In this document: in pieces, positions 36,682 through 47,514 of the stretch | Numbering within the stretch: the stretch's first letter is position 1 | Layout: each line of letters begins with the position of its first letter | Source of the DNA: an uncultured Actinomycetes bacterium | GTDB taxonomy: Bacteria > Actinomycetota > Thermoleophilia > Gaiellales > JAICJC01 | DNA length: 64,000 nt | Reading direction: 5' to 3' | Assembly (NCBI GenBank): GCA_963732075.1 | Contig: CAVSYD010000003.1 | Location: 1,017,770 to 1,081,769, forward strand | Program-made: the position numbers and the translations under genes | Notes under the pieces: model-generated | The model's input: only the letters and a program-made list of their open reading frames with translations | What the model was told of the DNA's origin: nothing | Database searches by the model: none

Positions 36682-38862
36682 CTAGTGGACGCTGAACGCG
36701 TCGAACACCACGTTCGTCGAACTGGAGGAGGCATCCTTGGTTCCGAGGGGCCTGACCGTGATGCGGTGAGTTCCCGGCCCGAGCCTCGTGTAGGCGATCC
36801 GCACGCGCCAGTGGCGACGACGCCGATAGAGGTCGACGGTGTGTGCCACTCCGTCGATCACGACCCTGGCTCGACCGTAGGCCGGCCCGGTCGCGGTCAG
36901 CCAGTCGATGCGGGTTCCGGTGAACCGAAGGCTGAGCCATCCGTGCGACGACCCGCTCTCGCGGTAGGAGCCGCCGTTCGCCGCCGGGTTGGACTCGGCC
37001 TTCCACGTGCCGTAGTGCACGTTGAGCGCGGACTCCTCGCGGATGTTGCCTCCAACGTTGAAGGCGTCGACGGTCACCCATCGCCCCCTGGACGCAGCAT
37101 CCTTGGTTCCCAGCACCTCGATCGTCACGAAGTGGGCCTTGCGGGGAAGACCCTTGAACGTGAACGAACGGTCCGACGCGACCGGGGCGTACAGATCGAA
37201 TGTTCCCCTGAGGTGTCCGTCGATGAGCACTCTGGCCCTACCCTCCTGCCGCCCGCGATGCGCGATCCAGACGACGCTTCTCGTCACGGGGGTCTTGAAC
37301 ACCACCCTCTGGCCCTTGACCCGGCTCGCGCGGTATGCGCCGCCCAGCGCCGTCCTGTCGAAGAACGTTCTCCAACCGTCGTACTGCGGGGAGGGATCGC
37401 GATCCTGCACCACCCCCGGCCCGGAGTGAGTGTCGTAGGCGGTCGTGGCGTAGCCACACGCAGTCGCAGAGCACGAGGTCTTCGCAGGGTGCGCGGAAGC
37501 GGACGCCGCCGTGGTGAACGTCCCGGCGACGTAGACGTTCGCCCCGTCGGGGCTTGGCGCGAGCGCCCAGCTGGAGTTGTTCTGGTAGTCGGTGACCCAG
37601 GCCTCGGCTCCCGTCCCGGCGTCGTACGCGATCAGGGGGGCGTTGACCTGGGTCGTCGTGCATGGCGAATAGCAGGGCATCTGCTCCTGCCCGGTCGCGA
37701 AGACCTGTGACCCGTCGGCGCTCACGGCAAGATCGATGGGGTAATTCATGGCGCCGCTGTCGTAGCGGGATTCCCAAAGCTGGTTCCCGCTCGAGGCGTC
37801 ATAGCCCACCGTCACCAGCGGCTGGTCGCTGCAGGACAACGTGCAGGGGGCGAAGCCCAACACGAAGACCTTCGTTCCGTCCTGGCTGACCGCCACGGAG
37901 GGCTGCGTGTCGCCGTCGGCCCGCAGCTGGCTGCTCACCGTTGCCCAGAGCTGCGCCCCCGTGGACGCGTCGTAGGCAACCGTCGCGAACCCGTGGTTGC
38001 CGTACCCGGCCGCATACAGCGTCGATCCGTCCGGGCTGAGTGCGATCGCCAGATTGCTGCCGCAGTCGGGATAGACGGCTGACCACAGCGGCGTTCCGTC
38101 AGAGGCGTCGTACGCGGCGAACTGGAATCCGCATTGCCCGCCGCCGGCTGTCGCAACGTACACAGTTGAGCTGTCGGGACTGACGGCGAGTCCCTTCCAG
38201 GGAACCAGCGAGCCGGTACTCGGGATCACGAAGAGCCGCGCCCCAGTGGAGGCGTCGTATGCGACGGTGGCGGTCCCGGTACTGCCATTCCCGCCGTTCA
38301 CGAAGACCTCGGAACCGTCTGGGCTGACCGCGATCGAATATGCGCCCGGGCCTGCCTCGGGGTACTGCGACGACCACAGCACCGCACCCGTCGACGCGTC
38401 GTAGGCGATAGTGGAGTAGCCGGTGAAACCGCCGCCGCCACATCCGACCGGACACTCGCCCTCACCCGTGACGAACACCTTCGAGTCATCGGGGCTGACC
38501 GCGATTCGAGTTGCTCTGTCGCGCTCGCCGGGGTTGCTGCTGCTGCGATAGACGTGGGCCCACTTCTCCTGCCCCGTGGCGGCGTCGACGGCCACCGTCG
38601 CGTAATGGCCGGGCGCGGTCGTTCCATAGTTCGTCGTTCCGGTCGAGAACACCGTCGACCCGTCCGGACTCACGGCCACCGCCTAGGAGAAGGCCGGGGT
38701 GCCCGCGGCGTAGGTTGCACTCCACCGCTGGGTGCCGCCGCCCGGCGCAGCGGCCCACGCAGACGCACCAGGGGTCAGAAGGCAGGCCACGAGCGCGAGC
38801 ACAGCCGCCAGGGCCATTCTCGCGGACAACCCGCGCCCGACGCGTCCGGTTACGGCACGCAT
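36682..38862 (-). pseudogene. Secreted PQQ/WD40-like beta-propeller with two C-terminal jelly-roll-like domains; in-frame TAG at 38683-38685
   Basis: Repeats AVSPDG..VF...TVAYDASTG..LW; signal peptide MALAAVLALVAC...ASA lies in the same frame upstream of the TAG. Confidence 0.7.
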
Positions 38863-38926
38863 AAGGAAACGCCCAATTCGCCGATGTCCATCGTCTGTTC
38901 ATCGGCTTCCCGCCATCGCGGCTGTA

Positions 38927-38956
38927 GTCACGGGGGACGGTGGTCCCCCCCGTGAC
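38927..38956. terminator. Hairpin downstream of the protease gene
   Basis: GTCACGGGGG...CCCCCGTGAC. Confidence 0.5.
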
Positions 38957-38964
38957 GAGTCTCC

Positions 38965-40048
38965 CTAGCGCGGCGGTCCGCTCGCGAGTGCGACGTTCGC
39001 GGTCTGGGTCGCGCCGTCCTGATCGACATAGGCGACCGAGATGGGCGCACCCGGCTTCTGAGTCGTGACGATCGTGGTGAGCCCCGTCGGCGACGAGACC
39101 GCATGACCGTCGAACGATGTGATCAGGTCGCCGGGAGTGAGGCCCGCGGTGGCCGCAGGGCTCCCGGGGACGACCTGCGTGATGACCGCGCCAGAGCCGC
39201 CGTAGCTGTTCGCCTCGACCTCGACGCCGAGGAACGCGGTGCCGCCGAGATGGATCGTGGCCGATGCATTGCCACCCATGATCTGCAGGGCGATCCACCT
39301 GGCCTTGTCGATGGGGATTGCAAAGCCGGTGCTGGTTGCCGCTTCCTCGACCCCGTTCCCGACGGACGCGGCCGTGTCCATCCCAACCACCTGGCCGGCC
39401 GCGTTCATGAGCGGTCCGCCGGAATCGCCGGGCTGCACGCGCGGCGTTCGTCTCGATCATCCCTGCGAGGCTCTCGCTCCCGCCCTCGTCGTCGCCCACA
39501 GTGATCGCGCGGTCGATACCGGTCACGGTGCCGGAGGCGGCGCGGAGCGCGCCGGTCCCGCCGGCGTTCCCGAGCGCCGTCACGGGCTGGCCGGTGGTGA
39601 GAGTCGCCGAGTCCCCCACGGAGATGGTCTTCAGATTCGACGCGCCGCTGGCCTGAAGGACGGCGACGTCATCGGATGGCGTCGTAGCCGACGACCTTGG
39701 CGGGAAAGCTCCGGCCTGTCGTCGGCACGACGACCCTGATCGCCGTCGCATCGCGAATGACGTGGTTATTCGTCAGAATCACGCCCGACGACGACAGCAC
39801 CATGCCGGTGCCCGCCGCCTGCCCATTCTGGTAGCCGAGGTTCGTGTCGATGACGACGACACCGGTGCCAACCTGCGCCGGGTGCGTCGTGGCGAGGGCG
39901 AGGTCGGCGGCAACTGCCGCTGCGACGACGGCGCCGAGCGCCACCAGGACGATGCGAGTGTGGAAGCGCCTGCGCGGGGGCGTGCCCTGCGGTCGCTCTG
40001 TGTCGTCGGCTCCACTGCTTCTCCTCTATTGCCTTCGATTTCTGTCAT
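38965..40048 (-). CDS. HtrA/S1C trypsin-like serine protease with PDZ domain (several indels)
   Basis: LTNNHVI, DVAVL, PGDSGGP triad across frames; PDZ GSPAATAGLTPGDLI. Confidence 0.85.
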
Positions 40049-40050
40049 GG

Positions 40051-40261
40051 CTAGGCCGCGGTCGCGCGGTCGGTTACGTCGCGAAGAGAGACGATGCGAA
40101 GGTCGGGATACGACTGGTCGCACACCTGGATCGCCCGCTCGGGCGACTCCTCGAGGACGTAGTGGATGAGCGCCGCGCCACCCCGCAAAGGCGTGCGCGG
40201 AGTGAGCACGAACAGATAGCTCCGAAGCGGAGCCATCACGGTCTGGGGTGGGTGTACTCAT
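40051..40261 (-). CDS. Small hypothetical protein (~62-70 aa; probable indel near 40242)
   Basis: AAGGAG RBS before ATG 40261; protein-like frame 40051-40239. Confidence 0.5.
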
Positions 40262-40412
40262 GAAAGCTGAACTCCTTGCGTCCGCACCGCCCGCCGACGG
40301 GCGGCGGGTCTGTATGCGTCACCACAGTAGGAGGCGAACCTGAGATTTCGGTACGCGCCGGATAAGCCGTCCCTAAGACTGTGGGATCGCCGCCCCGACA
40401 TACTTCACCACC

Positions 40413-41375
40413 ATGCCCCAGCCGACCGTGACCGAACTCGAGCCGGGCATCGTGCAGGTGACGATGCCCCTGCCGTGGGCGCTCGACCACGTCCACTGCT
40501 ACGCGCTGGCATCGCCGGACGGGTGGACGCTGGTCGACGCCGGTCTCGGCACGCGCGGGACGCTGGCGTGGTGGGAAGACGTCCTGGAAGAGCTCGGCCG
40601 GCCCACGGTGACGCAGCTCGTCCTCACGCACTACCACCCCGACCACCTCGGAGCGAGCGCCGGACTCGCCCGCCTGACGGGAGCCGCCCAGGTGGTGCAG
40701 GGCCGGCTCGACCGTGAGCTCGCCGTGGCCGCGTGGGAGGAGGGCGACGACGCCGAATACGAGCGTTACCTCCGCGACCACGGCATGCCCGCCGACCTCG
40801 CAGCGGCCTCGACGCGGGCCGAGATCGGGGTCGGGGTCGAGATCGCCACCCCGACCCGGCTGGTCGAAGAGGGCGATGTCGTCGAGGCCGGCGGGCGCCA
40901 CTGGCGCGTCCTGCACCTGCCCGGCCACGCCGACGGTCACATCGCGCTGAATGACGACGCGGGCGCCCGGCTGATCGGCGGTGATGTGCTGCTCGACGAG
41001 ATCACGCCGAACGTGGGCCGCTGGCCCGATACGGCACCCGATCCGCTGGGCCGCTACCTGGCAACCCTGCGCCGGGTCGCGGATCTCGCCCCAGCCACCG
41101 TGTATCCGGGGCACGGGCCGGTGATCCACGCCGCGGCCGCCCGCGCGGCCGAGATCGCCGAACACCACGACGAGCGCCTCGACATCGCCGCCACGGCCCT
41201 CGCCGAGGGGGCGGAGTCCGCCTACGACGCGGCGCAGGTGATCTGGCGGGACGAGCCGCTCGGGTTCCACGAGCAGCGGTTCGCGCTGGTCGAGGCGATC
41301 TCGCACCTCGAGCGGCTCGCGGCGACCGGTCGCGCCGTCGAATACCGTCCGGCACGCTGGCGTGGCGTGGCCTGA
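40413..41375 (+). CDS. MBL-fold metallo-hydrolase
   Basis: THYHPDHLG, PGHADGH, GDVLL, PGHG. Confidence 0.9.
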   Translation: MPQPTVTELEPGIVQVTMPLPWALDHVHCYALASPDGWTLVDAGLGTRGTLAWWEDVLEELGRPTVTQLVLTHYHPDHLGASAGLARLTGAAQVVQGRLDRELAVAAWEEGDDAEYERYLRDHGMPADLAAASTRAEIGVGVEIATPTRLVEEGDVVEAGGRHWRVLHLPGHADGHIALNDDAGARLIGGDVLLDEITPNVGRWPDTAPDPLGRYLATLRRVADLAPATVYPGHGPVIHAAAARAAEIAEHHDERLDIAATALAEGAESAYDAAQVIWRDEPLGFHEQRFALVEAISHLERLAATGRAVEYRPARWRGVA

Positions 41376-41406
41376 CGAGGGCCTTCTCTCACCAAGAGCT
41401 GGTCGG

Positions 41407-43056
41407 CTATGGCACCGTGTATGCCACGATTTGCGCGTCTCCGCCTCCGGCACTTGTGACGGGGCCGCCCGCCGGAACGATGACGGCGTTCCCGGCGATG
41501 GCGATCGGCGAGTTGGCGGATGTCGGCAGCCGGCGGCGATAGACGATCACGCCCGTCGTGCGATTCAGTGCGATCAGCACACCGTCGTACAGTGTCGTGA
41601 ACACGAGATCGTGGGAAACCGTCACGGCGCCGAGCGGCAGCTGCGGCACCTTCCTATCCCATTCCACCTTGCCTGTCGCAAGGCTGAGCGCCTCCACCTC
41701 GCCGGTGGGGGAGCCAGCGGCCTTGGTCGCCGTTGGCAGGTTCAGCGTCGGGTAGGTCAGCGGGAGGTCGAGAGTGGCCACGTAGACGCTCCTGCCCGCG
41801 ACCGCCAGGTTCGTCAAGACGCCGCCGAACGACCCCGGAAGGATCGTGAGGGGCGCCTTGAGCGTGCTGCGGTGCTCGAGCGCCAGGAGTGAGTCGTTGT
41901 CGTGGCCGTTGTGCGCTCCCACCGGAGTCTTCCAGATCAGCTTGCCCGTTTTCGCGTTCATCTCGTAGACCACGCCCATCTTGCCGCTGCCGATCACGAC
42001 GGAGGCGCGACCGACGCGCGTCGCGATCGGAGAGGCCTGCATGTCGTAGTCCTTGAAGTCGTTGGGCACGCCCTGGTAGTACCAGCGGAGCTTCCCGGTC
42101 GCGGCGTCGAGGTTCACGTCGCTGTCGGTGTAGAGATCCCTGGCCGGATGGGCGATGGCCGCAGCGGGGGTCTGGTACGGGTTGCCGATCCCGTATGTCA
42201 CCGACCCGTCGCTCCCGACGAGCGGCGTCTCCCACGCGCCGCCGGCGCCGAGCCCAAGCGACCGCACTCCCGGCTCCGGGCCGGTGACCGTGTTGAACCT
42301 CCAGAGCGCCGCTCCGCTGGACGCGTTCAGCGCCAGGAGCACCCCGCCGCCCGGTCCCGAGCCGTACTGGCTTGCCAGATACACCCGCCCGCCGGCCACC
42401 TGTGGCTGGATGCCGAATGTCCCCTGGCCGTTCTGGAGGAGATTGCTGTTGACCCAAGCAGTCCGGCCGGTGGTGGCACTGAGTGCAAAGGCCGCCGTCG
42501 GCGTGAGTCCGTACACCTTCCCGCCGTCGACGGCGACCCCATTCGGCCCCGGTCCGCTCTTCTCCGGTTGGTTGCATCGATACTCCCACCGGAGCTTCCC
42601 GGTCGCGAGCGAGAGCGCGTACACGTTCGAGTCGAGATCCTGGACGTAGACGACGCCGTGCTGGACGATTGGGTTCGCGGTCAACAATCCATACGGGTTC
42701 TTGGCCGGGGCCTTCGCCGTGAGCTTGAACGTCCACGCCTGCGCGAGCCTGGACACGTTTGCCGACGAGATCGTCGACCCGGCGGCGTCCCTCGTGTTCG
42801 CGAGGTCTGCATTTGAGTACGGCCACGATCCGGAACCCGCTGCCGTCGACGCAGCGGCGTTCGTGGTGATGGTCTTGCAGGCGGCGGGCTTCGGAGCCGC
42901 CGCCCCATGTCCGCCGCAGGACGCGACCAGCAAGCCCGCGGCGGCGAACGGCACCGCACCGAGCGTAATGAAGCCACTCGTGCGGCGAATCTCAGCCAGG
43001 CGATGCGCCGCGGCGGCCAGCGCTTCCACTGGAGCTCTGCTCAACGCTTGACGCAT
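41407..43056 (-). CDS. PQQ-binding-like beta-propeller lipoprotein (quinoprotein dehydrogenase-like); start uncertain
   Basis: LVASC lipobox; WPYSNADLANTR, ATGKLRW repeats, GIGNP, NDFKDYD. Confidence 0.8.
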   Translation of the reverse strand: MRQALSRAPVEALAAAAHRLAEIRRTSGFITLGAVPFAAAGLLVASCGGHGAAAPKPAACKTITTNAAASTAAGSGSWPYSNADLANTRDAAGSTISSANVSRLAQAWTFKLTAKAPAKNPYGLLTANPIVQHGVVYVQDLDSNVYALSLATGKLRWEYRCNQPEKSGPGPNGVAVDGGKVYGLTPTAAFALSATTGRTAWVNSNLLQNGQGTFGIQPQVAGGRVYLASQYGSGPGGGVLLALNASSGAALWRFNTVTGPEPGVRSLGLGAGGAWETPLVGSDGSVTYGIGNPYQTPAAAIAHPARDLYTDSDVNLDAATGKLRWYYQGVPNDFKDYDMQASPIATRVGRASVVIGSGKMGVVYEMNAKTGKLIWKTPVGAHNGHDNDSLLALEHRSTLKAPLTILPGSFGGVLTNLAVAGRSVYVATLDLPLTYPTLNLPTATKAAGSPTGEVEALSLATGKVEWDRKVPQLPLGAVTVSHDLVFTTLYDGVLIALNRTTGVIVYRRRLPTSANSPIAIAGNAVIVPAGGPVTSAGGGDAQIVAYTVP

Positions 43057-43217
43057 GATCCGTCCTCGAGCCACCGTTGCCAACCGATACTAATGTGATA
43101 TCACTTTTAGTCCGCCCACGCAAGCGTGATACCCAGCGCCGATCAGCATCTACCAGTCTGACGTTCCGGTCGGGTTCGTAACGTTTTAGGGACGAAGGGT
43201 GGCCATAATCTCGGGGC

Positions 43218-44444
43218 ATGAAGATCGCGCGAGTGCCCTTGGTGCTCATGGTGTCCACGTTCGTGCTTTTCGTCGTGGGCAACGTGTTCGGGTGGGTCAC
43301 CCATGATCCGCAGACCGCGGGAGACTGGGGTGGGGGTGGATCGGCCGCCCTGTTGGCGGTCTCGGTGGCGCTCTTCTGTTTCTCCGCTGTGGGGTGTCTG
43401 ATCGCGTCACGACAGCCCCGTAATGCGATTGGGTGGATCCTGATTGCCATCGGGTTTTCGTGGGCGCTGGATTCGACGTTGGAGGGCTACGCGATGTACG
43501 GCCTGGTCACACATCCGGGGTCGTGGCCGGCGGCCCGGTGGGCGAACGCGGTCGACGATTGGCTGTGGGTGGTCAGTGTCGGACTGATGGGGACGTTCCT
43601 GTTCCAGCGTTTCCCGGACGGCCGGCTTCCGAGTCGGCGCTGGCGCCCACTTGCCTACGTGTCGGGCGCAGCGTTGCTGGTGACCGTCGCGTCGGATCTC
43701 TTCCTCACCGAGAACCTGGCGGACAGTGCCGTGCCGACAAGCGGGAACCCGTTCGCCCTCAGCGTTTTGGGTGGCGTCCCCAATCTCGCGGCGCCTTCCC
43801 TGGCGTTGTTGCTCCTCTGCATACCCGCGTCTGCAGCCGCGCTGCTGATTCGGTTCTGGCGCTCACGCGGTGTCGCGCGGCTGCAGATGAAGTGGCTCGT
43901 GTCGGCGACGACGGCGATCGTCGTTTTCTACTCGGTGATCGTTGCGATGAGTGGTGGCTCGAATACACCGGTATGGCTGGAGACCGCGCAGGACGCGGCG
44001 GTCGTCAGCTTCTGCCTGATCCCGCTCTCGATCGGCGCGGCGGTGCTCCGTTACCGACTGTACGAGATCGACGTGATCGTGCGGCGCACGGTCGTCTACA
44101 CGGCGCTCGTCGGAGTGCTCGCAATCGTCTATCTGGGTTCGGTATCGGCGCTCGGGTGGGTGGGGCGTGAACTCACCGGGCAGTCGGGCGCGCTCGCGGT
44201 GACGCTCTCCACGCTCCTGGTGGCGGTCAGTTTCCAACCGCTTCGCAAACGGATCCAAACCGCGGTGGACCGCCGGTTTTACCGGCGACGGTACGACGCC
44301 CACAGCGCGGCGTCCGCCTTCAGCAATCGACTACGAGCCGAAATCGACCTTGAGGCGCTCACACACGAACTCCTCGCCGTGATCGACGAGACGCTGCAGC
44401 CAAGCCACGCGGCGGTGTGGCTTCGCCGCCCGGACATCTCGTAG
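43218..44444 (+). CDS. Multi-pass membrane protein resembling histidine-kinase input regions, with no kinase domain
   Basis: About 10 TM segments; RQPRNAIGW, FPDGRLPSRRWR, YRLYEID, VDRRFYRRRYDA; TAATCT-N6-ATG. Confidence 0.75.
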   Translation: MKIARVPLVLMVSTFVLFVVGNVFGWVTHDPQTAGDWGGGGSAALLAVSVALFCFSAVGCLIASRQPRNAIGWILIAIGFSWALDSTLEGYAMYGLVTHPGSWPAARWANAVDDWLWVVSVGLMGTFLFQRFPDGRLPSRRWRPLAYVSGAALLVTVASDLFLTENLADSAVPTSGNPFALSVLGGVPNLAAPSLALLLLCIPASAAALLIRFWRSRGVARLQMKWLVSATTAIVVFYSVIVAMSGGSNTPVWLETAQDAAVVSFCLIPLSIGAAVLRYRLYEIDVIVRRTVVYTALVGVLAIVYLGSVSALGWVGRELTGQSGALAVTLSTLLVAVSFQPLRKRIQTAVDRRFYRRRYDAHSAASAFSNRLRAEIDLEALTHELLAVIDETLQPSHAAVWLRRPDIS

Positions 44445-44477
44445 CAGCGAGTTTCAGCCGGACGCTCGGCGGCCACC

Positions 44478-44963
44478 TCAGGTCAGGCGTTTGGAGAAGA
44501 AGACGCGCTCGAAGCCGTCCTCGGTGCGGTGATCATCCTCGCGGTACCCGAGGGCGGGGTAGAGCGTGAGGTTCTCGGTCATCGCGGCGTTGGTGTAGAG
44601 CCTCAGCTCGGCCAGGTCGTGCTCGCGGGCATGGCGCTCGGCATGGCCCATCAGCGCCCGGCCGATGCCGCGGCCCTGAAAGCCGGGGTCAACGGCGACG
44701 TTTTCAACCAGAAGATGGTCTCGGGCCGGGACGAGGACGACGATGCCAACCACCAGACCGTCCGCTTCGGCGACGTACACCTCGTCGGCGGCGATCTTCG
44801 CGCGGTAGTCATCATCCATCGGCGCCGGGCGGCGCCCAATCCGGTCGATGTAGACGCGGTAGGCGCGCTGAACGACGGCTTCAATCTGGGGCAGGTCATC
44901 GATCCGGGCGCGTCGCACAGCCCCGGCAGTATCCGTGCTCACGCTTGAAAATGCCGAGCCCAT
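44478..44963 (-). CDS. GNAT N-acetyltransferase
   Basis: NVAVDPGFQGRGIGRAL, LYTNAAM. Confidence 0.88.
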   Translation of the reverse strand: MGSAFSSVSTDTAGAVRRARIDDLPQIEAVVQRAYRVYIDRIGRRPAPMDDDYRAKIAADEVYVAEADGLVVGIVVLVPARDHLLVENVAVDPGFQGRGIGRALMGHAERHAREHDLAELRLYTNAAMTENLTLYPALGYREDDHRTEDGFERVFFSKRLT

Positions 44964-44993
44964 GCTGACCAGCCTGTGCTATAGGATCGCGCG

Positions 44994-46748
44994 ATGGCCG
45001 CGGCCGACGCCACCGCCGACTCACAGCTGCACGGCAGCGCACCCGGCGAAAAGGGGCTCAAAGGCGGCTCGCTCGGGCTGATCTCGAGCATCGTGATGGG
45101 CATGGCGTCGACCGCGCCCGCCTACAGCCTGGCATCGGCGCTGGGGTTCGTGGTCGCCACCGTGGCGCTGCAGTCGCCGGTGATCATGCTGCTCGCGTTC
45201 GTGCCCATGTACATGATCGCGGTCGCCTACAAGGAGCTGAACGAGGCCGAGCCCGACTGCGGCACCACCTTCACCTGGGCGACCAGGGCGTTCGGGGCGT
45301 CCTGGGGCTGGATGGGCGGCTGGGGCATCTTCGCCGCCGACGTGATCGTGATGGCCAACCTGGCGCAGATCGCCGGCTCGTACGGCTATCTGCTCGTGGG
45401 CGCAAACCACCTTGCCGCTTCCACCCTCTGGGTGACGGTCGCCGGGATCGTGTGGATCGTGGTCATGACCTACATCTCGTGGATCGGGATCGAGATCTCG
45501 GCCAAGCTCCAGTACCTGCTCCTGGGGATCGAGGTCGTGGTGCTCGGTGTGCTGGCCGGAACGGCGCTGATCAAGGTCTACTCCGGGAACGGCGTCGCGG
45601 AGTCCAGCCGCATCCACCTGTCCTGGTTCAACCCCTTCGACATCTCGTCGCCGGGCGTGTTCGCCGCAGGCATCCTCGCCGCCGTCTTCATCTACTGGGG
45701 CTGGGATACCGCGGTCGCCTGCAACGAGGAGACCGCCGACGCAAACCACACTCCCGGACGCGCCGCCGTCATCTCGACCGTGCTGCTGCTGCTCACATAC
45801 GTGATCGTCACGCTCGGCGCGCAGGCCTGGGCCGGCGCCGGCAGCACGGGGATCGGACTCACCAACGCCGCCAACTCCGGCGACGTGCTGAGCGTCCTGG
45901 GGAACAGCATCTTCGGAGGCGGCGGCCTCGGCTCCGGTCTGACCAAGCTCCTGCTGTTCATGGTCATGACCAGCTCCATGGCTTCCACGCTGACCACGAT
46001 CCTGCCGACGGCCCGCACCACCCTGTCGATGGCCGCGTTCAAGGCGGCACCCCGGGTCTTCGCGAAGATCCACCCGCGCTACCTGACGCCCACCTGGTCG
46101 ACGTGGGGCATGGGCGCCGCCTCGGTGGCGTTCTACGTCGTCCTTACCCTGGTCAGCGGCAACGTCCTCAGCGACTCGATCGGATCGCTGGGGCTGATGA
46201 TCGCCTTCTACTACGGCCTGACGGGGTTTGCCTGCTTCTGGTTCTACCGGAACATCCCGTTGACGTTCCGCGAGTCGATGTCGCGCAGGATCGTGCCGCT
46301 GATCGGCGGGATCCTGCTGCTGGTGCTGTTCGTGTACGCCGCGAGCCAGTACATCAACCCCGACTACGGCTACACGTCGATCCCCGTTCCCGGCTTCCCC
46401 TACTACCACCACCGGGTCGGCGGCGTGTTTGCTCTCGGGATCGGCGTCCTGCTCTTGGGCATCGTCCTGATGCTGATCTGGCGCATGATCGCGCCCGAGT
46501 TCTTCCGGGGAGAGACGCTGCCGCGCAAGTCGTATCGCGAGCTGGTGCTGGTGCCCGCATCCGGTTCGGTCGTCCCCACTCTGGGTCTGCCAGACTCGAG
46601 TGCGGGGGCGACGGTGATCGCACCCGACCTGTCAAACCTGCCGCCCGGCTACTCGCGCGAGGACGTGGAATCCGCGAAGGAACTGGACGAGGAACAGGAA
46701 CGGAAACTGCGCGGCGAGGACGAGAGCCCGCCCCCCGACGACTCCTGA
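44994..46748 (+). CDS. APC family amino acid/polyamine permease
   Basis: ASTAPAYSL, PDCGTTFTW, FIYWGWD..NEET; TAGGAT-N6-ATG. Confidence 0.9.
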   Translation: MAAADATADSQLHGSAPGEKGLKGGSLGLISSIVMGMASTAPAYSLASALGFVVATVALQSPVIMLLAFVPMYMIAVAYKELNEAEPDCGTTFTWATRAFGASWGWMGGWGIFAADVIVMANLAQIAGSYGYLLVGANHLAASTLWVTVAGIVWIVVMTYISWIGIEISAKLQYLLLGIEVVVLGVLAGTALIKVYSGNGVAESSRIHLSWFNPFDISSPGVFAAGILAAVFIYWGWDTAVACNEETADANHTPGRAAVISTVLLLLTYVIVTLGAQAWAGAGSTGIGLTNAANSGDVLSVLGNSIFGGGGLGSGLTKLLLFMVMTSSMASTLTTILPTARTTLSMAAFKAAPRVFAKIHPRYLTPTWSTWGMGAASVAFYVVLTLVSGNVLSDSIGSLGLMIAFYYGLTGFACFWFYRNIPLTFRESMSRRIVPLIGGILLLVLFVYAASQYINPDYGYTSIPVPGFPYYHHRVGGVFALGIGVLLLGIVLMLIWRMIAPEFFRGETLPRKSYRELVLVPASGSVVPTLGLPDSSAGATVIAPDLSNLPPGYSREDVESAKELDEEQERKLRGEDESPPPDDS

Positions 46749-46749
46749 C

Positions 46750-47357
46750 CGTACGGGCTCAGCCACTCGCGCGAGCGCGGGTGCACCGTGGCCACCGCGA
46801 AGACCACCGCGAGCGCGGCGCCGATGGCAACCTCCACCGTCCACACGCTCGTCGGTGGCGAGAGCCGCCCGACCACCTCGCGGGCCACGGGTTCGAGGCA
46901 GAGCGCGCCCGGTGACGAGGGCGACGCTAACCCACGACCGGTCGACCCGCCAGCGCTGGCCCAACAGCCCGTACACCACCCCGGTCACCGCTCCCGCGGC
47001 GATGTAGACCCAGTTCTGGCCGCTGACGACGAGGCTCACCAGGCTGCTCGGAAACGATCCCGGCGAGACGCCCTCGAGCGGGCTGAGCGTCAGGACGAAG
47101 TAGCCGGCCAACGCCGACTGGGTCGCGACCAGTCCCAGTCGCATGGCCCGGCCGGAGCTGACCTGAGTCATCCCGAAGGCAAACGGCAAAACGAGCCACG
47201 GAGCCGACATCTGGCTGACGGTCGAGGGCCACGCGCCGTCCAGGACGAGCAGGCGAACGCTCCCCAGATACTGGTCGACACCACCGAATGCGAAGCCGGC
47301 GATCACCGCCAGCAGGTACGCCGAGGATCGAGGGTGCCCGGGGGCGCGTGGTGCCAT
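46750..47357 (-). CDS. Hypothetical membrane protein (DUF6518-like), indel near 46910; end uncertain
   Basis: FGGVDQYLG...MSAPWLVLPFAFG; several TM segments. Confidence 0.6.
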
Positions 47358-47393
47358 GCCAGCTTGGACGCCCACCCGGGGCGAATGTTTGCC

Positions 47394-47457
47394 CCCACCC
47401 CAATCGGGGACAGTCCCCGGTTGGTTGGGGTGTGTCTTTCGTACACGTTTAGTGACA
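47394..47457 (+). repeat. ~64-bp REP/MITE-like repeat, left copy
   Basis: CCCACCCCAATCGGGGACAGTCCCCGGTTGG (47394-47424) identical to 53322-53352, followed by a similar GT-rich tail ending GTGACA. Confidence 0.85.
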
Positions 47458-47514
47458 CGCCGGGCCGCCCGCCAGCTCACCAGTCTCGGGCATCCGGTCA
47501 GGCTCCCGTAGGAA

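Noticed and set aside
43095-43104. GTGATATCAC palindrome between divergent genes
   Set aside because: Only 10 bp with no adjacent regulator; too weak to call
17573-44470. Prophage or integrative element at either tRNA
   Set aside because: No integrase, phage or conjugation genes, and no duplicated tRNA 3' end was found
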